53,801 nucleotides of DNA from an uncultured Lachnospiraceae bacterium. GTDB lineage: Bacteria; Bacillota; Clostridia; Lachnospirales; Lachnospiraceae. How positions within the stretch are numbered: position 1 is the first letter of the stretch; every line of letters begins with the position of its first letter. Below are positions 24,836 to 33,326 of the stretch, piece by piece. The notes beneath the pieces are model-generated. The model did no database searches, was not told the DNA's origin, and worked only from the letters and a program-made list of their open reading frames with translations. Both the position numbers and the translations under genes were made by a program. The stretch is from the NCBI GenBank assembly GCA_964618775.1, contig CAZUDG010000002.1:1-53801 (forward strand). Direction: 5' to 3'.

Positions 24836-25252
24836 ATGGATAGCAATTGTGTGTTTTGTAAAATAACGAAAAAAAAGATCCCATCTAAAATTTTATATGA
24901 AGATGATGATTTCCAAGTTATCTTAGATGGTGCACCCGCTACAAAGGGTCATGCAATATTAATTACCAAGAAACATTTTAAGAACTTATTTGAAATGGAT
25001 TATGAAACTGCAGGAAGGTTATTCCCTGTTGTTCTAAAAGTTGGGAAAGTAATGAAAAAAGAATTAAAGTGTTCTGGTTTTAACTTAGTACAAAATAACG
25101 GAAAGGATGCAGGGCAAACGGTTTTTCATTTTCATCTACATTTAATACCTAGAAATGAGAATGATGGTGTGGACTTTAGGTGGGAATCAAAAGAATATGA
25201 TGATGAAGAAACAACTAAGCTAGCCCAAGATATTTTTCAGAAGTTCAATTAA
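24836..25252 (+). CDS. HIT (histidine triad) family protein
   Basis: The CVFCKI N-terminus and the histidine triad HFHLHLIP are present. 138 aa. Confidence 0.9.
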   Translation: MDSNCVFCKITKKKIPSKILYEDDDFQVILDGAPATKGHAILITKKHFKNLFEMDYETAGRLFPVVLKVGKVMKKELKCSGFNLVQNNGKDAGQTVFHFHLHLIPRNENDGVDFRWESKEYDDEETTKLAQDIFQKFN

Positions 25253-25279
25253 TTTTGCTAAATTACATGCTATCATAAA

Positions 25280-25345
25280 AAGCAAGGGCAATATAGGCAT
25301 TTAAAACAGTCTTTGGAATTCTATATGCCCTTGCTTATATTTGTA
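25280..25345. terminator. Hairpin between convergent HIT gene and murG
   Basis: AAGCAAGGGCAATATAG pairs with CTATATGCCCTTGCTT (one bulge) and has T-rich 3' flanks. Confidence 0.45.
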
Positions 25346-25363
25346 TTAAAACATAGACTCAAA

Positions 25364-26428
25364 CTATAGGGAAATTTCTTTAATTAAATTAACTATAGTT
25401 CTTGTTGCGTCAGATTGTTCGCTTTTGTTCATAGAATCTATATACTTTTCCTTGTTATCATAAACAAGATTTATGGCATTTGCTAAAGAATCAGAATCTA
25501 GGTCCTCTTGGTTTAATATATATGAAAACCCTTGTTTTTCAAAAGAATGTGCATTTAATATTTGATCTCCCCTACTAGCTCCTAAAAATAAAGGTATTAA
25601 TATATTGGGCTTTCTTAAGGCTAATAATTCACATATCGCATTTGCACCTGCTCTAGAAACCACAATATCCGCAGCAGCGAAAAGATTGTTTAATTCTCTG
25701 TTTATATATTCAAATTGGGCATATCCTTTTATATTGTCATAGGCAGGATCTATTTTTCCCTTTCCACAAAGATGAATAACTTGATATTTCTCTAATATTA
25801 GCGGTAGAGCTTCACGAACTTTTTCATTTACGCTTTGGGCCCCTGAACTACCACCCATAACCATTATAGCGGGTTTGTTTAATGAAAAACCACAAAAATC
25901 TATTCCTTTAATCTTATTTCCGGAAAACAACTCTTTACGAATAGGGGTGCCTGTAAGAACGGCTTTACCTTGAGGGATATGTACTAGAGTTTCAGGGAAA
26001 TTCACACAGACTTTATCAGTAAAAGGAATGCTTATTTTGTTAGCAAGGCCAGGTGTTATATCTGACTCATGGATAATACAAGGTACTTTTCTTCTTTTGG
26101 CAGCCATTACAACTGGTACTGAAACAAAGCCTCCCTTTGAAAAGATAATATCAGGTTTTAGTTTTTTAATTAATGAAGAGGCTTCACTATAGCCCTTTAA
26201 AACCCTAAAAGGATCTGTAAAATTTTTCACATCAAAATAGCGACGTAGTTTTCCAGAAGATATTCCATAATATTTAACACCCATATTTTCTATTAACTTT
26301 TTTTCGATTCCATCGTATGAACCAATGTATATAACTTCAAAGCCTTCTTCTTGTAAAGAAGGAAGCAATGCGATATTTGGAGTAACATGACCTGCGGTTC
26401 CTCCACCTGTTAAAATTATTCTTTTCAA
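25364..26428 (-). CDS. murG: UDP-N-acetylglucosamine--N-acetylmuramyl-(pentapeptide) pyrophosphoryl-undecaprenol GlcNAc transferase
   Basis: The N-terminal ILTGGGTAGHVTPNIAL, the GGSSGAQ motif and the length of 354 aa all fit. Confidence 0.92.
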   Translation of the reverse strand: MKRIILTGGGTAGHVTPNIALLPSLQEEGFEVIYIGSYDGIEKKLIENMGVKYYGISSGKLRRYFDVKNFTDPFRVLKGYSEASSLIKKLKPDIIFSKGGFVSVPVVMAAKRRKVPCIIHESDITPGLANKISIPFTDKVCVNFPETLVHIPQGKAVLTGTPIRKELFSGNKIKGIDFCGFSLNKPAIMVMGGSSGAQSVNEKVREALPLILEKYQVIHLCGKGKIDPAYDNIKGYAQFEYINRELNNLFAAADIVVSRAGANAICELLALRKPNILIPLFLGASRGDQILNAHSFEKQGFSYILNQEDLDSDSLANAINLVYDNKEKYIDSMNKSEQSDATRTIVNLIKEISL

Positions 26429-26629
26429 AATTGTTTAAACCTCCTGAATTTTATACTTCATAGAAGATATTTAATTAAATGTATGTGTAACTAAATATAC
26501 CATACTATTAGTATAATTTTAATATATATTTTGAATTTATTTGCTTATTGGAATTATCTAATATATAATTTTTGTAATTTTAAAATTTATATGTAGATTA
26601 TTTATTGGAATATTAGAAAGGATAATATA

Positions 26630-27331
26630 ATGATGGATAAAATTGGAATTATAGGAGCCATGGATGAAGAGGTAGAAGAGCTTAAAAATATAATGTCAAA
26701 TACTAGAGTACAAACCATTGCAACTATGGTTTTTTATGAGGGAACTATAGGAAGTAAAGAAATAGTTGTAGTTAGGTCTGGGATAGGAAAGGTAAATGCG
26801 GCTATCTGTGCCCAGATTTTAATCGATAAGTTTCATGTAGAAGGGATAATAAACACAGGCATTGCTGGTTCCTTAGATGGAAATATTGATATAGGAGATA
26901 TTGTTTTATCAAAAGATGCAATTCAGCACGATATGGATGTAAAGGCTTTTGGTCATGAGTATGGTAAAATACCAAGAATGGAAACTTCAATATTTGAAGC
27001 AAACAATGACATGGTAGATAAGGCTGAAATTGCTTGTAGAAAGGTAAATCCTAGTACAAATATATATACTGGTAGAATTTTGAGTGGGGATCAATTTATT
27101 CAAGATAAGGAAAAGAAAGCATGGTTGATATCAAACTTTAATGGTATTTGTGTGGAAATGGAAGGGGCTTCAATTGCCCATGTAGCATGGCTAAATCAAG
27201 TTCCGTTTTTAATTATTCGAGCAATTTCAGATAAAGCAGATGGTAGCGCACAAATGGACTATTATAAATTTGAAAAACTTGCTATAGAGCGTACATTAAG
27301 ATTGTTGGTTGAATTTATTCCAAGTTTATAA
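26630..27331 (+). CDS. mtnN: 5'-methylthioadenosine/S-adenosylhomocysteine nucleosidase
   Basis: IGIIGAMDEEV, GIGKVNAA, VEMEGASIA and RAISDKAD motifs are present. 233 aa. Confidence 0.9.
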   Translation: MMDKIGIIGAMDEEVEELKNIMSNTRVQTIATMVFYEGTIGSKEIVVVRSGIGKVNAAICAQILIDKFHVEGIINTGIAGSLDGNIDIGDIVLSKDAIQHDMDVKAFGHEYGKIPRMETSIFEANNDMVDKAEIACRKVNPSTNIYTGRILSGDQFIQDKEKKAWLISNFNGICVEMEGASIAHVAWLNQVPFLIIRAISDKADGSAQMDYYKFEKLAIERTLRLLVEFIPSL

Positions 27332-27475
27332 CTTTTCGTTGACATCCATTGACAAGATTGTCTAGTAAGAAAGGTGAAACGATATAATTCTGAGAAAAAC
27401 CTGTTGGACTCAGTGTTTTGTTGGGGTTCAAGGACTTATTTTGTCTAACGATTCTTCCCTCTAAACTCTTTTAAT

Positions 27476-27507
27476 ATTTTTAATCATTAGATATAATGAT
27501 TAAAAAT
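27476..27507. promoter_or_regulatory. 13-bp-arm palindrome centred on a TATAAT hexamer (candidate operator/promoter)
   Basis: ATTTTTAATCATT - AGATAT - AATGATTAAAAAT. A TATAAT hexamer lies at 27492-27497. The element is 24 nt upstream of the 27531 start. Confidence 0.35.
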
Positions 27508-27530
27508 TAGCTTGAGTTAGGGGGATTATT

Positions 27531-28862
27531 TTGTTGGAAAGTTTGTTTTACAAAAATATAATAATTTATATTTTAGTTGGTGTTTTTGCTTTAAGTATGT
27601 TATTGAAATTCGTTTTAGCTATAGGGTATTCACGAATGATAAGGGCCTCAAATAAAATGGGGAGAAATAAAAATAAATTTTTAAGAAAACTGAAACTTAA
27701 ATTTGAAAAATGTTATCAATTGAAGATAGTGGTTAACAATGTGGATGCTTTTGTTGACAAGTCTATAAATAATCACAAAGTACTTGGGATATTGTTGATA
27801 ACCTGGGAAAAGTTTAGTGGACAGATTTGGTTTTTTTCTGGGATACTTGGTCTTTCTGCGACTTTATTAGGGGTAATATTAGAAGTTGATAAAATGTGGA
27901 TATTAGGTGTATTTGTTGTTGGTTTTTTAACAAGTGGATTGTTGATGTTTTTTGAAGGACTCCTTAATGGGAAAGAGAAAAAAAATATAATTAGGTTAAA
28001 TCTTATAGATTATTTTGAAAATTATTTAAAGAATAGATTGGAACAAGAGGAAAAAAGACCAGAACTTATAGAGAAATATAAAAATGAATATTTTTCAAAT
28101 TTTGTTATTGAGAATAAAAAGATATTAAAGTATGTAGCAGCAGGAGAGGAAAAGCTCCAAGAGGACTTAGAGGAAGCAACTAAAAAAACAAAAAAAAGAT
28201 CTAGTCGTAGAGAAGAGAGACTAAGTGTAAGAATAGATAAGAAAAGAAAAAAGGAAGAGAAAGAAGCAACTAAATTATTTAAAAAACAAGCAAAAGAATC
28301 GGCAAAGCTAAAGAGAAAAGAAAACAAGAAGAAACGACAAATAGAGGCAAAGGAAAAAACAAGGCTAGAAAGATTGCAAAGAAAAGAAGAAAAAACAAGA
28401 CAAGCTGAAATTAAGAGAGCATTAAATCTTGAAAGACAGATACTTGGTAAAAGTAAAAAAACAAAGAAGATTACTACTGCTCAACAGAACAAGGAAAATT
28501 TGAAGAAAGAAATAGAAGGATTTAGGCAAATTGAAAAAAGAAATAAAGAACAAGAAAATATGGAACAAAAAGATAAGAGTAAAGATCTTGTGGATATATC
28601 AAAAATTATGAACTATACTTCAGAAAGGAATAAACGTGTATCGGAGAATGAAACTAAAAACATTGAAATTAGCCATAATCTTGAAAAGATGAAAAAGGAA
28701 GCGGCAGTTACAGTAGATAAGAGAAGTGGTTTAGGAGAAGACAAAGAGCTACTAGATAAGAGGCTTGATGAAAGTGATAATTATAAAATAAAAAGAAATA
28801 AACAACTAAGTAAGGAAGACAAACAAATAATTGAAGATATACTAAGTGAGTTTTTGGCCTAA
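27531..28862 (+). CDS. Membrane protein (3 TM helices) with a long Lys/Glu/Arg-rich coiled-coil-like tail; function unknown
   Basis: A clean 443-aa ORF with a TTG start after GGGGGA. N-terminal TM helices are followed by about 270 aa of highly charged low-complexity sequence (KKRKKEEKEATKLFKKQAKESAKLKRKENKKKRQ...). Confidence 0.5.
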   Translation: MLESLFYKNIIIYILVGVFALSMLLKFVLAIGYSRMIRASNKMGRNKNKFLRKLKLKFEKCYQLKIVVNNVDAFVDKSINNHKVLGILLITWEKFSGQIWFFSGILGLSATLLGVILEVDKMWILGVFVVGFLTSGLLMFFEGLLNGKEKKNIIRLNLIDYFENYLKNRLEQEEKRPELIEKYKNEYFSNFVIENKKILKYVAAGEEKLQEDLEEATKKTKKRSSRREERLSVRIDKKRKKEEKEATKLFKKQAKESAKLKRKENKKKRQIEAKEKTRLERLQRKEEKTRQAEIKRALNLERQILGKSKKTKKITTAQQNKENLKKEIEGFRQIEKRNKEQENMEQKDKSKDLVDISKIMNYTSERNKRVSENETKNIEISHNLEKMKKEAAVTVDKRSGLGEDKELLDKRLDESDNYKIKRNKQLSKEDKQIIEDILSEFLA

Positions 28863-29055
28863 ATTATGAATGGATTATTATAGATTAGAAGGATTAATAT
28901 AAGCATAAGGATTTATTGATAAGGTGATTATAGAATTTATTAAAGAATGAGAGTAATAACAACTAATAATTGGAATTTGTATTGAATAAGATATTTGTCT
29001 TTGATAAAATAAGAGTATGATTATAGATTATCAAATAAGAAAGGGGATTATACGA

Positions 29056-30405
29056 ATGAGAGAAAGAGTGACATTTGATTATTCTGCGACTAAAGATTTT
29101 GTTGCTGAATCTGAAGTTTTAATGATGGATGCAATTGCAGAAAATGCTAAGGCCCAGTTATTGAATAATACAGGACCAGGAAGTGAGTTTACAGGTTGGA
29201 TAGATCTACCTCTTGATTATGACAAAGAAGAATTTGATCGTATACTTAAAGCCGCTGATAAGATTAAGGAGAATTCCGAGGTATTTTTGGTAATTGGAAT
29301 AGGAGGCTCATATTTAGGAGCTAAAGCAGCAATAGACTTTTTAGGTCATAGTTTTTATAATAACCTTTCAAGCAAGGAAAGAGGAACTCCAGAAATATAT
29401 TTTGTTGGTAATAATATTAGTAGCAGTTACATTAACCATCTTAGTGATGTAATTGGAGATAGAGATTTTTCAATCAATATGATTAGTAAGTCGGGAACCA
29501 CTACTGAGCCAGCTATTGCCTTTAGGGTATTTAAGAAAAAACTTATCGAAAAATATGGTAAAGAAGAATCTCGAAACCGCATATTTGTTACAACAGACAA
29601 AGAAAAGGGAGCTTTAAAGAATCTAGCCACAGAAGAAAATTATGAAAGTTTTATAGTGCCTGATGAAGTGGGTGGAAGGTATTCTGTATTGACTGCTGTG
29701 GGATTGTTACCAATTGCTGTAAGTGGAGCAGATATTACAAAGCTTATGGAAGGTGCAGCCTCTATGAGAGAAGTCTGCCTTAACAGTTCTTATAAAGAAA
29801 ATGGACCAATGATATATGCTGCAATAAGAAACATCCTGCTGAGAAAAGGCAAATCTATCGAAATTTTAGCAAATTATGAACCATCTCTTCATTATTTAAG
29901 TGAATGGTGGAAACAATTATATGGTGAAAGTGAAGGAAAAGACCAGAAGGGTATATATCCTGCTTCTGTAGACTTATCTACAGATTTACATTCAATGGGT
30001 CAGTTTATTCAAGATGGTCAAAGGATTCTCTTTGAAACTATCTTAAATGTTGAAAAATCAAGGGATGAGATAGTTATAGAAGAGGAAGAAGTTGACCTAG
30101 ATGGTCTTAATTATCTAGCCGGTAAGACTGTTGACTTTGTAAATAAAAGTGCTATGAATGGTACTAAGTTAGCTCATTCAGACGGTGGAGTGCCTAACTT
30201 AGTTGTTAACATTCCAGAACAAAACGAATTTTATTTAGGAGAACTATTCTACTTCTTCGAGTTTGCTTGTGGCATAAGTGGCTATATACTAGGTGTGAAT
30301 CCGTTTGATCAACCTGGTGTTGAAAGTTATAAAAAGAATATGTTTGCGTTACTTGGCAAACCAGGGTTTGAAGAAGAAAGAGAAGGGTTAATGAAACGCT
30401 TATAA
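29056..30405 (+). CDS. pgi: Glucose-6-phosphate isomerase
   Basis: The Firmicutes-type short Pgi pattern is present ([41 protein letters not shown]). The ATG at 29056 follows AAAGGGGA. The ORF-track start at 29017 lacks an RBS. Confidence 0.92.
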   Translation: MRERVTFDYSATKDFVAESEVLMMDAIAENAKAQLLNNTGPGSEFTGWIDLPLDYDKEEFDRILKAADKIKENSEVFLVIGIGGSYLGAKAAIDFLGHSFYNNLSSKERGTPEIYFVGNNISSSYINHLSDVIGDRDFSINMISKSGTTTEPAIAFRVFKKKLIEKYGKEESRNRIFVTTDKEKGALKNLATEENYESFIVPDEVGGRYSVLTAVGLLPIAVSGADITKLMEGAASMREVCLNSSYKENGPMIYAAIRNILLRKGKSIEILANYEPSLHYLSEWWKQLYGESEGKDQKGIYPASVDLSTDLHSMGQFIQDGQRILFETILNVEKSRDEIVIEEEEVDLDGLNYLAGKTVDFVNKSAMNGTKLAHSDGGVPNLVVNIPEQNEFYLGELFYFFEFACGISGYILGVNPFDQPGVESYKKNMFALLGKPGFEEEREGLMKRL

Positions 30406-30441
30406 AGATTGTATGTAATAAATAATAGAATAAATAATATT

Positions 30442-30550
30442 AAATAGGCATACTTGCATATAGAGTTCAAAGAATAGCATTAATATTAAGAATGACGTTA
30501 ATATAATGGTAGGAATCTGAATTCATTAGATTAGGCAAGTGTGCCTATTT
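30442..30550. repeat. 16-bp inverted repeat with a 77-nt spacer downstream of pgi (long-loop hairpin or terminator)
   Basis: AAATAGGCATACTTGC (30442-30457) pairs with GCAAGTGTGCCTATTT (30535-30550). 15 of 16 positions are complementary and one is G:T. It is followed by TATG. Confidence 0.7.
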
Positions 30551-30571
30551 TATGTAATTAAAGATTAAGAA

Positions 30572-30658
30572 ATGGAGGAAGTACAAAAAGTCTGTACTAG
30601 AATAATGATTATAGACAAGGGCAAGCCTATTGCCTCTGGAAGAAATACCATTAACTGA
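30572..30658 (+). pseudogene. Possible relic of the C-terminus of an ABC transporter ATPase (28 codons)
   Basis: MEEVQKVCTRIMIIDKGKPIASGRNTIN matches the very common post-H-loop pattern MEE(V/A)E-x-(L/V)CDR(I/V)-x-I(I/L)-x-KGK-x-(I/V)A-x-G. An in-frame stop sits two codons upstream and no Walker motifs are present. Confidence 0.3.
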
Positions 30659-30701
30659 GGGAATTAAAGATGAATTAAATTCTGATGGCTTGTTCATATT
30701 A

Positions 30702-31706
30702 TCAATCTTTTCGAATACTTACCTCACCGGAGTTAAGGTATTCTATTTCGCCCTGTTCATTTTGGACCTTAAGCCTGAAGTTTTCATCTATATCTAGAGC
30801 AAAGGCCCTTTCTATATTATTCTCACCTTTTATAACATTAATTTCTTTATTAAGAATCATAGAACGATTTCTATATTCAGATAAGAAGGTTTTCTCTTCA
30901 AGTGTTTTATAATATGACATAAATATTTCTAAAATATCAGCAATTAACTTACTTCTACGCTCACCTGAGTTTTCGTGATTATCAAAAACTGATGTAGATA
31001 TATTTTCTAATTCTTTTGGAAAGCCATTTGTAGGGGCAAATACATTTATACCAATGCCTAAGATAGCATATTTTAGGCCCCCGCCTTCCAGGTCCATTGA
31101 AGCCTCAGTTAGGATTCCAGATACTTTCTTATCATCAAGAAAGATATCATTAACCCATTTGATTTTTGCCTCTTTGTTAGAATTCATCTCTATAGCCTGT
31201 GCTACAGCAACAGCAGCACAAGTAGTTATTGATAAGGATTCATAGGCAGAAATCTTTGGCCTAAGAAGTAGGCTCATGTAAACTCCTGTGCTTTCAGGAG
31301 AAAAAAAACTTCTACCCCTTCTTCCTCTCCCTTTTGTTTGCTGCTCTGCAATAATTACATGACCTTCTGAAGCCCCAGAGTCAGCCTCGAGCTTAAGCAT
31401 AGAGTTAGTAGATTCAACCTCTTTATAAACTTTTATGTCAAAGATATCTGTTTTTAGGTGTTTGCTGATACTTTGGCTAGATAAGAGCTCGTTATCAATA
31501 TTTAAGCAATAGCCCTTGTTGGTAATGGCTGTAATGTTGTGCCCTTCTTCTTGTAGGTGCTTTATAGCCTTCCATACAGAGTTTCTACTAATATCTAAGT
31601 GGTCAGCAATCCTACTACCTGAGATGTGGTCACCTTTATGTTTTTCTAAAATTTCAAGAACTCTAAATCTAGTTGTCAATTTATAAACCTCCAAATTACC
31701 AAACAA
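30702..31706 (-). CDS. birA: Bifunctional biotin-[acetyl-CoA-carboxylase] ligase / biotin operon repressor
   Basis: An N-terminal HTH, the GRGRRGRSF biotin-binding loop, KWVNDI and a C-terminal SH3-like tail are present. 334 aa. Confidence 0.9.
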   Translation of the reverse strand: MFGNLEVYKLTTRFRVLEILEKHKGDHISGSRIADHLDISRNSVWKAIKHLQEEGHNITAITNKGYCLNIDNELLSSQSISKHLKTDIFDIKVYKEVESTNSMLKLEADSGASEGHVIIAEQQTKGRGRRGRSFFSPESTGVYMSLLLRPKISAYESLSITTCAAVAVAQAIEMNSNKEAKIKWVNDIFLDDKKVSGILTEASMDLEGGGLKYAILGIGINVFAPTNGFPKELENISTSVFDNHENSGERRSKLIADILEIFMSYYKTLEEKTFLSEYRNRSMILNKEINVIKGENNIERAFALDIDENFRLKVQNEQGEIEYLNSGEVSIRKD

Positions 31707-31724
31707 AGATATTATTCATCAAAA

Positions 31725-31997
31725 TCAGTTGTCCTCTTCTATAACATCAATTTCTAGATAATCAAAATCGATACTTTCAATAAAATTATCTTGGGTAAAC
31801 CTAGTTTTGTCATGTTTTTTAAAATCATCAATAGTTGATTCTAGCCAAAGGGGTTTTGCTAAATCAAAATCATAACAAACATCATCAACGGCTTGATAGA
31901 TTTTTTTTGTACGATTTAAGGTTTGATCATCATTTTCAACGATCATATCTTTAACTATCCTATTATCCTTAATTGTTTTTGCCCATAATCTAAACAT
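31725..31997 (-). CDS. Small acidic hypothetical protein, likely co-transcribed with birA
   Basis: A 90-aa ORF lying 18 nt upstream of birA on the same strand. No motif was recognised. Confidence 0.5.
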   Translation of the reverse strand: MFRLWAKTIKDNRIVKDMIVENDDQTLNRTKKIYQAVDDVCYDFDLAKPLWLESTIDDFKKHDKTRFTQDNFIESIDFDYLEIDVIEEDN

Positions 31998-32208
31998 TTC
32001 TACCTCGTTTCATAAAAAGTGTTTTGTTTATACTTAAAATAATATAATTTAGATAATCCAAGCTGTTTATGCATTGATAGTATATCATAAAGGGAAAATA
32101 TTAGGAACTTGAAAAATCACAATAATCAGCTTATTGATGGATAGTATATGCAAGACATGGATACACTAATTATACAAATATTGAAAGATAAAAGAAAGGA
32201 TATTAAAT

Positions 32209-32472
32209 ATGGAAATGAAAAAACAAGACTCAAACCAAACAGAACCTAATAGGCCAAATCCAGAAATACGAAATCCTAGTAAATCACCCATTAGCAATCC
32301 CATTTCTAAGCCTGGTATAGATAGAAGGGGTATAGAGCCTGAACATGATACGAGAAACATACCAGATGAAATGCCGCCACCTATTGATTTACCTGAGGTT
32401 GACCCAGAAAAGATACCAGTTGTAGATCCTGACCATCCACCTGTATCTGGAGGTGGTATTGGATTTTATTAA
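32209..32472 (+). CDS. Small proline-rich, probably disordered protein
   Basis: 87 aa with about one quarter Pro, P-I/P-E/P-D dipeptide repeats, a GGGIGFY C-terminus and no hydrophobic segment. Codon pattern looks coding. The RBS is weak (AAAGGA). Confidence 0.45.
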   Translation: MEMKKQDSNQTEPNRPNPEIRNPSKSPISNPISKPGIDRRGIEPEHDTRNIPDEMPPPIDLPEVDPEKIPVVDPDHPPVSGGGIGFY

Positions 32473-32540
32473 TCATCTAATTTATAAAAAATATAATTAA
32501 TTTGATAACAAAGGCTTAAAGCCATTAATAAAGCCTGTCC

Positions 32541-32636
32541 AAAACACTGCTTAGTATGAAACGTTTCTAATATACACATTAAGGTGTTCAAACACCAATG
32601 TAAATTAGCGACTCTATCCTAAGCGGTGTTTTTATA
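32541..32636 (+). terminator. 14-bp stem with a 64-nt structured loop and a T-run (terminator-like), enclosing a GGTGTT-CA-AACACC palindrome
   Basis: AAAACACTGCTTAG (32541-32554) pairs with CTAAGCGGTGTTTT (32619-32632, one G:T) and is followed by TAT. The inner palindrome is at 32583-32596. Confidence 0.4.
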
Positions 32637-32748
32637 ACCCTTATAATCATTAAACTGCTGGCAATTACACCTTATTTGTAGCTTGCATTTTAGCATAAGT
32701 TATTATAAGATAATTCTAGTAGTTGTGTCGTTGGATAAGGAGTAAAAC

Positions 32749-33294
32749 ATGGACTCTAGAAAGCGAAGAGAAGAATTATTTAAAATATTAGAGCGATCCA
32801 AAGAGCCTATATCTGGTTCTGAACTAGCGAAGAGGCTAGGTGTCAGTCGCCAAGTAATTGTTCAAGACATTGCTTTATTAAGGGCATCTAACGAGCAAAT
32901 TATGTCTACTAATAAAGGTTATTTAATATTCAAACAAAAATCTAATAAGTTTACAAGAACATTTCATGTAAAACACTCGACAGAGGATATAGAAAAAGAA
33001 TTGTGTTTGATAGTAGATATGGGTGGAAGAATATTAGATGTAGGAGTGTCTCATGGTATCTATGGAAGCATTTCAACTGAGCTTATTATTAATAATAGGC
33101 GAGATGTATATGATTTCGTAGACAAGCTAAAACAAGGAAAGATAAAACCTTTAAAAGAACTAACAGGAGATATTCATTTACATAAAGTAGAAGCTGATTC
33201 AGAAGAAATATTAGATAATATAGAAGAGGCATTACATTGTAAAGGCCTTTTGCATAAGGACTTACAAAGACAGTATCCCGAACTTAAGACATAA
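32749..33294 (+). CDS. niaR: Transcription repressor NiaR/NadR (HTH + 3H domain)
   Basis: N-terminal HTH (ISGSELAKRLGVSRQVIVQDIALLR) plus a 3H-domain histidine pattern (FHVKH, VSHGIYG, GDIHLHKV). 181 aa. Confidence 0.8.
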   Translation: MDSRKRREELFKILERSKEPISGSELAKRLGVSRQVIVQDIALLRASNEQIMSTNKGYLIFKQKSNKFTRTFHVKHSTEDIEKELCLIVDMGGRILDVGVSHGIYGSISTELIINNRRDVYDFVDKLKQGKIKPLKELTGDIHLHKVEADSEEILDNIEEALHCKGLLHKDLQRQYPELKT

Positions 33295-33326
33295 AGTTTT
33301 TTCGGATTTTAAGAGGAAGTGTAAAT

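Noticed and set aside
26545-26611. The direct repeat TTATTGGAAT occurs twice (26545-26554 and 26602-26611) upstream of mtnN.
   Set aside because: A single 10-mer repeat in extremely AT-rich intergenic DNA, with no dyad symmetry and no coherent spacing relative to a promoter, is likely chance.
27332-27475. Possible riboswitch or attenuator in the 200-nt gap after mtnN (tandem TTGACA boxes and a CTGAG...CTCAG hairpin).
   Set aside because: The hairpin has only 5-6 bp. No known riboswitch core (SAM, preQ1, c-di-GMP, T-box) could be recognised, and the promoter spacing is wrong (28 nt from TTGACA to TATAAT).
32100-32160. Repeated GATAGTATAT motifs (TTGATAGTATATCA and TTGATGGATAGTATATGCA) upstream of the proline-rich gene, considered as possible sporulation sigma-factor promoters.
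   Set aside because: I cannot match them confidently to sigma-E, F, G or K consensus elements from memory. A PWM scan is needed before any claim.
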